The notes below the pieces were generated by a model that was given only the letters and a program-made list of their open reading frames with translations, searched no databases and was not told the origin of the DNA. From assembly GCF_006345805.1 (NCBI RefSeq), contig NC_043002.1:14942001-15006000 (forward strand): a stretch of DNA of 64,000 bases, in the 5' to 3' direction. The translations under genes and the position numbers were made by a program. The first letter of the stretch is position 1. Every line of letters begins with the position of its first letter. Source of the DNA: Octopus sinensis (lineage: Eukaryota). This document shows positions 25,594 to 36,349 of this stretch, in pieces.

Positions 25594-26070
25594 GATGGCA
25601 TTATACATACATGCCACACGCTAAGAGGGACATTTAGTCATTTCTACCAAAAATTTCTACAGGATGTAATATATGTAAACTCACCCATGTGCTTCGTTGA
25701 TGTTGATCAGTTAGCTGATCGGCTTAAGCGAGGCAGGGTCGTTTATGTGTGATACATCCAGGCCTGCTGATGAATACGTAAGTATGAAATCACTGTGATA
25801 CAGGTCTATATTTTTTAAATGTCTTACTTTGAAAAATTGCATTCGGTGGGATTAGTAATATTTTTGGTAGAAATGACTAAATGTCCCTCTTAGCGTGTGG
25901 CATGTATGTATAATGCCATCTGGCATGGATGTATAATGCCCTCTATATATAAATTAATATGTTCAATAAGAATAATTATTTTCGAAATTTTTTCTCTTAT
26001 GAGATTTTCACGCTATCTACCTGACAATTTCTTGTTAAGTTTTCCTTATTAAGTAGTTGTCCTTAATTGC

Positions 26071-26072
<2 letters not shown>
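25594..26072. repeat. Retrozyme-like unit, right side: 61 bp collinear (25594-25654) then an inverted copy (25658-26072) ending in (TA)n
   Basis: GATGGCATTATAC..CCAAAAAT matches 19942-20002; TACAGGATG..TTGCTA is the reverse complement of left-arm and unit sequence. Confidence 0.9.
25761..25806 (+). ncRNA. Type I hammerhead ribozyme, intact core; predicted cut after 25800
   Basis: GGCCTG CTGATGA ATAC GTAA GTAT GAAA TCAC T GTGA T A CAGGTC. Confidence 0.9.
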
Positions 26073-26125
<53 letters not shown>

Positions 26126-26709
26126 GACAGTCAGAACTTACATCCTACATTCATATACATACATATCTACATAAGTATACACGTATATATATTTGAATAT
26201 GTATATATACGCATATATGTGCATGTGGATACACACATGAGCATATAATCATTTATCGTATATTTGTCAGTAAATGAGTGTTGCTGTGCGGATGTGTGAA
26301 GAGGTATGAATGCATCGAAAATCAAAAACATGGACGACAACAGTCAACTGCCGCCCACAGTTATCCTAAGAAACAGATAAAGAAATTCATGCCTAGAATC
26401 ATATTTTTTGATATATTCAATTTCAAACTCAAAACACGTTTCTTCTGAGTTAAATATGGTTTACATTGAAAAATTACAGGATTTAAAGACCCACAAGTAA
26501 AAAATCATGCAACAAATCAGGAAAGAGAGGATATATATATAGGAAAAAGAAGGAAGAACTACTTATTGTCCTTAACCCAAAGTTAACATTAATCATAACA
26601 AACCCGATCGTCTATATTTCCGATCGTGCAGTAAATATAGATTAAATAGTGAAGAAAAAAGGCGAATGAAATAGGGCAAGAGACATTTCTGGAAGGAAAA
26701 TGCTAATTT

Positions 26710-26880
26710 AGGCGTAGGCGTGGCTGCTTCACAAAAGAGCCTGCTACTTAACGACATTGTTTCGGGTTCGAGCCCACTGCGTGGCACACTGGGCAAGTGA
26801 TTTTTATAGTCTCGGGCCTACTACAGACTTATTCCTGAATTCTGTTGACGGAAACTGAAAACATTCTGTCGTATATGTAT
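26710..26880 (+). mobile_element. SINE family B, 5' part (degenerate)
   Basis: GGCGTAGGCGTGGCTG..GGGTTCGAGCCCACTGCGTGGCAC. Confidence 0.7.
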
Positions 26881-27013
26881 ACATAGAGAGGGTGTGTAAG
26901 ATATTTGAGAACAGATTAATGTTTTAAAAAAAAACAGTTACATAGTAACATAATATAATTTTATGTATCAAAAAAATGCAATGGGGATAAAAATAAACTT
27001 TCGTTTCCGTAAT

Positions 27014-27905
27014 GTTATTCAATAAATCCACCTTCAGCTTCAACGACTGCTTCTATAGGAGATCTAAACCATTTACATTCTCGAATCAACTGCTTCTGGT
27101 TCATTTTGGACATTACACTGACTATGGCAGCTTTCGAAGTATAGTTCTATATGATAGTAGTAAAAATGGATTGAGATCTAGGGAATTAAGAGGACAAATG
27201 TTAGGCGTTATGTGATCATGAACATTTTCAGCCATCCATTCCTATATTTTTAGAGCCTTGTGTGACAGTGCAGAATATTACTGAAACACAGGGTTTAACA
27301 ATTATTTCTAGGACCTCAACGAAGCTGGCAGAGTTAACTCGAAGTCATTTGTGGACAACCCATAAAACCATGTCAGTTGCAGGGAACTGTTTATGCATGG
27401 CACTTGGAATTTCAAAAAGTCTGCACATAACCATCTGTCATTTTTCTGTTAAATGTTTTTTTTTATCTTGGTTGAAGTTTTTCTCGTTTGAGATAAACCA
27501 AATCAAATCTTTTTCCTCCGGGATTTTTCCCTTTGTTTAAAAGCCTTTTAAATCTGGTATAGGGACCTTCTTTTGATTTTTCTAACAAATTGACCTATCC
27601 TCATCATATAAAACTTATGTGATGTCTTCATAGAGTGCATTTCTGATGTTCCTTCTGACATATGGAAATCTTTTGCAATTGGGATTGTAATGAATGGTCT
27701 GTTGGACTTGCTGGATAAATTCAGATGTTCTGATTATTTCAGAGCGTTTAGAATGCTTTTTATGCTTTGATACTGGTGATACGTTTCCATCTTCAGTCTC
27801 TACATCCTCACAAACTTTCTAGACGAAAGATTTGGCAAATTTTAAAAATCGAGATATTTCTAAATCGCTATGTTCCGCTTTTATAACCACAATAACAGCA
27901 TGCCT
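27014..27905 (-). mobile_element. Tc1/mariner-superfamily transposase relic
   Basis: Minus-strand pieces KHSKRSEIIRTSEFIQQVQ, EVLEIIVKP, WMAENVHDHITPNICPLNSLDLNP (WPPNSPDLNP-like), FRSPIEAVVEAEGGFIE*. Confidence 0.8.
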
Positions 27906-28925
27906 CGGTGAGTTTAGTACCCCATAATTTAACGGCTCAGCAAAAGTGCCTGATGGAATTAGTACCAGGTTTTAAAAAGATAAGTACTGCCGTCGATACA
28001 TTCGCTTCAAACGAAAAGGAAAATAATTCAAGGCAGTACTTGAGTGTGGGCGCAGTCAAGGATGCATTTGTTAGCAATGTGATAGCTAAACGAACCCAGG
28101 GTGTGTCAATGCAAAATTATCAGTTATTTTGTTACTTTAGGCAAATAATCAATATAAATGTTTGCAGAAAATCTGTATGATGATTAAAGTATAAATGGTA
28201 CGTATGCATACACGTTAAAATTGACAATTCCAGGACTATGAAAATGTAAGGAAAAATGTAAGAAAAGAAAATGAACAAAAGACAAGCGTATAAAAGTATA
28301 TAAAAATGAGGAAAAATCGTTAGTTAGTTAGAAAGGTAATAGATAGATAAATAGAGAGATGAAGAGAGAGCGAAGGGGACAGAGAAAGATAGCTGTAAGG
28401 CAAAGAATCAAACATAAACAGTCTAATTGAATTCTAATCGCATTACAAAAATCTTTTTATACTGTTACGTGGTAGAGGTCATGTCGTGTGATGATTGACT
28501 CGATGAAACGTCCTTATAAAGAAAAACGCAACTAAAGCGGAAATAAAGATTGTAAAATAATGCCACGTATACTGAGTGTGGTTGAAACGAAGGCAAACGG
28601 TTTATTAACAATAAAGTTTTGGCGTTGAAGGAGGAAGGTGCGTGTAGAGACTATATAAAATTGGTAAATTTATGGAAGAGAATTTCAAGAAACTCCCTCT
28701 GGTAGGTCTAATGACACCTTGGTATTTAAGTATCGCTTGTAGACAAAATGGCATTAACAAGAGGTTATCTCCTGAGACATAACGCTTGTAGCAATTTCGG
28801 AGCTGGAGAATGCACTAATAATCTAAAACCACAGTTGTCAATTCGTTTCGCAAAAATAGATTATCACATAAAGAATCTGCAAAAATTGAGTATGTAGATG
28901 TTCAGAATATATATATATACACATA

Positions 28926-29057
<132 letters not shown>

Positions 29058-29173
29058 ATATATATATATATATGTATATAAAATATTATTCGAGACAAAA
29101 CCACTATTTTGCAAAACAAACAAGGAAAGACTTAATTAATACATAAAATTTTAATAAATAGTCAAAAAAACCG

Positions 29174-29216
29174 CCACTACAATCGTTTCTTGTCTTGATC
29201 GACAATCTTCAGGTGG
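29174..29216 (-). ncRNA. Minimal type I hammerhead ribozyme
   Basis: Reverse complement reads CCAC CUGAAGA UUGUC-GAUCAA-GACAA GAAA CGAUUG U A GUGG. Confidence 0.8.
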
Positions 29217-30638
29217 ACTTCCAATCTAAAAAATCAATATTTTAAAGTATAAAAATAATAATTTTTAAATAATTAAAGTATGAATGAAAAAATATAAGTA
29301 TATAACCATATATAACCTATCTATAATCCATATATAAACAATATATAAACAATATATAAACTAAAAAAACCTATCAACAATTAAATATAACATATAAAAT
29401 ATAAAATATAAAATATAAAATATAAAATATAAAATATAAAACAAAACAAAAAAAATAATAATAATATAATAATAAACTATATATACACCCATACGCATAT
29501 ACCTAATTATATATAACCATATCTAACTACATACACTAAATCACACACCTATATATATATCCCTATACATACACATAAAAATGTTAGGCAACTATAATAA
29601 ATAAAATAGCTAAATACTTCAACACAATACTTATTCATACTCCCACACACACACACATACAACCCACATTCACGCTCTAGAAAACGGACATCACTCAAAA
29701 CTATGAACGGAGAAATGGAATAAATGGAATTAAAAATTATATTCACTTGGTAAAACGAACACTACTTAAAAATTATGAATGAAACAATGCAATAAAACAA
29801 CAGTATATGTTGAGGTTTATATGTATGTATTGGTATGTGTAAGTGGTGTGGGTATTTGTATATGTCGTGGGTGTGTGGTTTACGTGTGTGTATTTGTGTG
29901 TGAATGTTTAGCTTAGGGGGATTGCTATATAGGTTTGTTATAGAGTTTAGTAAAGGGAGATTTTATCATTATATGTTTTTATGATTTTTGGTTATCATGG
30001 TAGGTTTGATAAGGATTGTGTAGTAATTTGTGTCTATTTGCGATGTCTGTTGTTTTATTGCATTGTTTCATTCATAATTTTTAAGTAGTGTTCGTTTTAC
30101 CAAGTGAATATAATTTTTAATTCCATTTATTCCATTTCTCCGTTCATAGTTTTGAGTGATGTCCGTTTTCTAGAGCGTGAATGTGGGTTGTATGTGTGTG
30201 TGTGTGGGAGTATGAATAAGTATTGTGTTGAAGTATTTAGCTATTTTATTTATTTATAGTTGCCTAGACATTTTTATGTGTATGTATAGGGATATATATA
30301 TAGTTGTGATTTAGTGTATGTAGTTAGATATGGTTATATATAATTAGGTATATGCGTATGGGTGTATATATAGTTTATTATTATATTATTATTATTTTTT
30401 TTTTGTTTGTTTTATATTTTATATTTTATATTTTATATTTTATATTTTATATTTATATTTTATATTTTATATTTATATTTAATTGTTGAGGTTTTTTTAG
30501 TTTATATATTGTTTATATATTGTTTATATATGGATAGATAGTTATATATGGATTATATACTTATATTTTTCATTCATACTTTAATTATTTAAAAATTATT
30601 ATTTTTATATTTTAAATATTGATTTTTTAGATTGAAGT

Positions 30639-30681
30639 CCACCTGAAGATTGTCGATCAAGACAAGAAACGATTGTAGTGG
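30639..30681 (+). ncRNA. Minimal type I hammerhead ribozyme; predicted cut after 30677
   Basis: CCAC CTGAAGA TTGTC GATCAA GACAA GAAA CGATTG T A GTGG. Confidence 0.8.
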
Positions 30682-30864
30682 CGGTTTTTTTGACTATTTA
30701 TTAAAATTTATGTATTAATTAAGTCTTCCTTGTTTGTTTTGCAAAATAGTGGTTTTGTCTCGAATAATATTTTATAATATTTTACTATAAAATCGATTTA
30801 ATCCTAAATCTGATTTTTTCCCTGTAAATTTGGATTTATTCCCTAATATTTATTATTATATATG

Positions 30865-30902
<38 letters not shown>

Positions 30903-30943
30903 TATGCATATAATATATTTATGTGTATATATATATAAATATA

Positions 30944-30978
<35 letters not shown>

Positions 30979-31001
30979 TATGCATATATATATATATGTG
31001 T

Positions 31002-31047
<46 letters not shown>

Positions 31048-31095
31048 TATATACATATATATATATATTATAACACATATATATATATGCATATG

Positions 31096-31137
<42 letters not shown>

Positions 31138-31152
31138 TATGCATATGTATAT

Positions 31153-31189
<37 letters not shown>

Positions 31190-31214
31190 TCATATATAAT
31201 ACCTATATTATGTT

Positions 31215-31278
<64 letters not shown>

Positions 31279-31282
<4 letters not shown>

Positions 31283-31568
31283 AGGCGCAATGGCCCAGTG
31301 GTTAGATCATCGGTCTCGCGGTTTCGATTCCCATACCGGTCGTTGTGTATGTTTATTGCGAGCGAAAACACCAAAATTCCACGACGCTCCGGCAGGGGGG
31401 GTGATCCCTGCTGTACTCTTCCACCACTCTTTCTCTCTCTCTTTCGTCTGTTGGCTGCTCGCTTACCCAGCGGAGTGGCGTCTTTTGACGGCTAAAACAA
31501 TGCTAACGCATTGTGACCAGCGATGTGTAGCGACACCTGATGGTCTGGTCGGTAACGTGATCACGTGA
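31279..31568 (+). mobile_element. tRNA-derived SINE family C, tail variant 1
   Basis: GGAGGCGCAATGGCCCAGTGGTTAG..GGTTTCGATTCCC head. Confidence 0.85.
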
Positions 31569-31570
31569 TA

Positions 31571-31624
<54 letters not shown>

Positions 31625-31690
31625 AGACTTTTTGCGTAATGAGATCAAAAACCAAGGCTGAGTAGATATTACAGCACTTATAGATAGAAT

Positions 31691-31742
31691 GTCTTACAGC
31701 TGTTTACAGGACATTTATTAATTATATCCCTTCACCGGAGAC
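31691..31742 (-). ncRNA. Degenerate PLE-type hammerhead relic
   Basis: Reverse complement GUCU CCGGUGA AGGGAUAU..AUGUCCU GUAAA CAGCUG UA AGAC; stems and palindromic helix III kept, core mutated. Confidence 0.45.
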
Positions 31743-32476
31743 GGTGTGAGAAGCTGGTTAAGTCATATTTAGTTTAGATGTGATACAAAATAGAGAGTGA
31801 GTTGGAGGAAAGAAATTAGATGCAAGATGTGTAGGGATATTGTAGTTGTCGATTGATTTGTTAGGCAGAATAATGTATATGTAATATTTCAATACCCAAT
31901 GATTAAAGTCCAAAAGTCTAACAGAGTTTAAAGTGGGTCCTTTCAAATATAGAGTTTCTACACAATGTAAGATTCCCCTATCAGTGAGATCCAGCAGTTT
32001 TTAAACTTGGTCATTCCAATTAGAGAAATTATACACAGTGTTGTAGAGTCAAAGGCTTATATTTAAAGTGCATATATATATATATATATACACACACTCA
32101 CACATACACACACACGCCCGCAGAAACACACACACACACATACACACACACACACATATATATATATTTATATATATATATATATATATATACATATATA
32201 TAAGCGAATTTGCAAGTATGTATATTAGGACTTGCAAGTACAGATTTAAAACAGTCAGATTAAAAATTCTAATGAGAACTACGTGCATTTATATCAAAAA
32301 AGGACGGCAGAAAATGCGGGATTTTGATGAGAGCCAAATTATTATGGTAATATTTATGGATAGTTATTTATATTCACAAAGCAAGGATAAAAAACCGTTA
32401 ATGATAATACTCAAGTAGTCGGCTTGAAAAGAAGTAATTGTTATATTAAATTAATTAATTATTATATTATATATAG

Positions 32477-32508
<32 letters not shown>

Positions 32509-32580
32509 TATATATATATGTATCGTTAGCCACTACACACATTTTTTCTCTCCTTGTTTCGCCTTGTTTTCTCTGTGACC

Positions 32581-32616
32581 CTTTCTGTAGAAGAGCGTAG
32601 GCTCGAAACGTAAAAG
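32581..32616 (+). ncRNA. Hammerhead-like variant with CUGUAGA core
   Basis: CTTT CTGTAGA A GAGC GTAG GCTC GAAA CG T A AAAG. Confidence 0.45.
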
Positions 32617-33252
32617 ACTATTTTCTCTTCCTGAGCGTTATACTAATACATCTGTTTGTTTTCTACACACACACACACACACACACAAACAGACACACAC
32701 ACACACACAGACACATATATATATATATATATATTAAGGAAGAAAGTGGAAACATGTCTCATCTCCTCCATAATGCATTAATGTCTAAAACATTATGAAA
32801 TTACTTATAATAACTTCATAAATACCTGCGATTGAAAGCGGGCTAGTGTTTCACCATTAATGATAAGATTGAGATGCTTCTCATGCATGCAGTGCCCACG
32901 AAAGTTGTAGAGAATCTAGAACCGACAGCAAACGCCATATGGATAACAAGCGATACAGAAGTGAACATGTGAAAATGAATAAATGGAATTTTATGACGAT
33001 GAAGGACAAAGACGAAATAAATAAGAAGCGGACAGAACACAGCCTAAAGAACATGAATGGTTGGTAACACTTTCAGGATCATCCTAAACTCTCTGTGCTC
33101 CACTGGTACACCTCTTCCTCACCTATATAATCCTTTATGATTGCTCTCTAAGGGTTACGCACCATTTGTCCTTTTGTTTTGTTGGCCCTGAGGCTGTAAT
33201 TAGTTCGTTCCTTATTCATTTCGTCCTTTTCTTTCGTCCATTGTCTTCAACT

Positions 33253-33637
33253 GGTGGAGGCGCAATGGCCCAGTGGTTAGGGCAGCGGACTCGCGGTCAT
33301 AGGATCGCGGTTTCGATTCCCAGACTGGGCATTGTGAGTGTTTATTGAGCGAAAACACCTAAAATTCCACGAGGCTCCGGCAGGGGATGGTGGTGATCCC
33401 TGCTGTACTCTTTAACCACAACTTTCTCTCACTCTTTCTTCCTGTTTCTGTTTTACCTGTATTTCAAAGGGGCCAGCCTTGTCACACTCTGTGTCACGCT
33501 GAATCTCCCGGAGAACTACGTTAAGGGTACACGTGTCTGTGGAGTGCTCAGCCACTTACACGTTAATTTCACGAGCAGGCTGTTCCGTTGATTCGGATCA
33601 ACCGGAACTCTCATCGTCGTAACCGACGGAGTGCTCC
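33253..33637 (+). mobile_element. SINE family C, tail variant 2, flanked by a 125-bp direct duplication
   Basis: 33128-33252 matches 33641-33765 with 2 mismatches. Confidence 0.9.
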
Positions 33638-34129
33638 TAATAATCCTTTAGGATTGCTCTCTAAGGGTTACGCACCATTTGTTCTTTTGTTTTGTTGGCC
33701 CTGAGGCTGTAATTAGTTCGTTCCTTATTCATTTCGTCCTTTTCTTTCGTCCATTGTCTTCAACTACGTTTATTAACTTTCGTGTGTCCATATCTATATC
33801 GCTTATTATCCATGTATCCTTTGTTTTCGACCCTATACTCTGCGTAAATCTTGCGGGCACTGCCAGCTTGGGAACTATTTCATTCTTATCAATAACGTGC
33901 GAAACTGAGGAATGCCATCTGATTGATAACTGATGAAGAATTAGGGACCTTCTATGTCTGTCTTCCATCCATTCGTGCACTCAATATTCATTATGCGTTG
34001 TTTACATTAAGTTTCTGTATTTACTATATATCTTTTCACTTATGTAATGCAACGCACGCACCCCGGCTTTTATTAAGTTTTTTTATAAATATATGCATGT
34101 AAATATATGTGTGTGTGCGTGCGTGTGTG

Positions 34130-34345
34130 TGTGTCTGTGTTTGAGCGCCAAATCACACCACTTGAAAACCGGTGCTGGTTTGTTTTGTCCCAGTAACTTA
34201 GCGGTTCGTCAAAAGAGATAGGTAGAATAACTACGAGGCTTTAACGGAAAAGAATAATAAATGCTGGGGTCGATACATTCGACTAAAAGTTTTTCAATGC
34301 AATGCCCCAGCATGGCCACAGTCTAATGACTTAAACAGGTAAAAG
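34130..34345 (+). mobile_element. SINE family B, 3' fragment
   Basis: GGTGCTGG..GTAACTTAGCGGTTCG..CCCCAGCATGGCCACAGTC. Confidence 0.7.
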
Positions 34346-35686
34346 ACAATAGATAAAAGATAAACGCCCACATGCATATATACACACATATATACATATA
34401 GAAACTTTACGGAAGTTTATCATTTAAATATATATGAGCATGTATTGACATCAGAATACATACATAAAACATGCAAAGCCGCACATACAAACATACATAC
34501 ATTAAACAATAATACACTGTTGTTGATGTTGAAATTCCAATGAAGAGACATTGGTTCTAGGTAAGAAACCGCTTCTTTCTCTATTGGAAAGAAATCTTTA
34601 AATATACTGAATAATGACATACATACATACATACATACATACATACACACATACACACACACATATATAAATATATTTGTAACTGTATGTGCAAGTCTCT
34701 CAGTTTTTAATTATGTTTCTCACTCCCTCTATGTCTGTCTGTCTGTCTCTCTTCCCAAGTTGGTGAGTGTTTGCACGGCCGTTTATTTATATCAGTTTTA
34801 TATGGTTTCCCCTATCAAGAAATTGGGTGCCCAATAAACGGTGTTAATAGAATATTTTAAAATAGACATTCAATATCATATATTGAATTGCAGACCATTT
34901 CATTGTGTCAATATAATTCTCTACATGGTTCTACTCAAGGATATCACCACAAAATTTATTGACACTAATATATACTATCAAAGAATAAAAGGCTACAAAA
35001 TCCACATACAAGCATTCAAACACGTATCACAGTATATAACGAAGAACAAACATGTGTATGAGTATTCTTTCCTATACTTCACATCAACATACGCGGAAAT
35101 TACGTTGTTATATATTCTTATTAAAATTTAAGTAACAATAAAATCTATAAAAATTTTAGGACGCAATAAATGTAAAATCACGGTCACACTATTAATGGAA
35201 AATGATTGTTAAATTTTCCTGGAACTAACATAAAAATAAAATCCAAAGAAAACATACTGTAAATGTTTTTAGAGTAAAGTCTATGATTGAACGGGAGGTT
35301 TTATAATGGCTGCCGTTAGTAGTCTATATAAAATACATTATTATCACTAGAGCAAGAATAATTTTAAATAAATAAAAAATACAATTAAAAGCCATATAAA
35401 ATGATTGTTAATTATGTCGGACATGATATAAATAAAATTTTAGAATTTATTTATAATAGCTTAAATGTACTCAAAATATATATTTAAGCTATTTTCTTTT
35501 GCTAAAAGAGAAAGCTGAACAATTCCGCAGCCTCAAAACTGGTACATACAGAAGCGTATGCACATGTATCTACAACAACACATGCATGCAGGCACGCACG
35601 CACACACTCACTCACAAACACACACACATAGACACACGTACACCCACATATATATATATATATATATATAATATATATATATATAT

Positions 35687-35740
<54 letters not shown>

Positions 35741-36349
35741 ATATATATATATATATACATATAAAAGTAAGTAAATGGCACAACGAAGCACCGATATTTT
35801 CGGGAAAATAGCGAACGTAATAAATACGACGCTAATGTATAGCTTCACTGCGTATGTACTAGTAAAGACGCGTGTGTGCAACAAACAGGAAAACAATTGT
35901 CTTACCTCTAGGAAGAACATCTGAAAAATGAAAAACCTAGAAACGGATAATGCAGGACCGGTTTCAGACTCTCCAAAATACGTCTGCCAACGTATATTTG
36001 ATTTGTCATCATCAGCTGCATAAACCTCAACAACATTTCAAATGTTGCCACATCCATGCCAGTACACTCGTTTGAACGCCAAAGCGTTAACAAAACGAGA
36101 ACAGTGAAGAAGTTTCAATGAAAATAGAAATGCAATACGAGAGTATTGCTTTTCAGTAAAGGATAGCCCGTAAGGGTAAAATTATACATATAAAAGTAAC
36201 TAAATGGCACAACGAAGCACCGATATTTACTGGAAAATAGCGAACGTAATAAATACGACGCTAATTTGTCATCATCAGCTGCATAAACCTATCTATCTAT
36301 CAATCTATCTATATATCTGCCTGTCCAATCTATCTATATATCTGCCTGT

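Larger units (their letters stand above)
29077..30776. repeat. Long inverted repeat: arms 29077-29803 and 30047-30776, 243-bp spacer; PLE pLTR-like
   Basis: Arms are reverse complements with a few indels (TATAAAATATTATTCGAGAC.. / ..GTCTCGAATAATATTTTATA); left end abuts (TA)n. Confidence 0.93.

Noticed and set aside
28485-28520. GTGATGA..GAAACGTC hammerhead-like string
   Set aside because: C3 absent; stems I and II do not pair.
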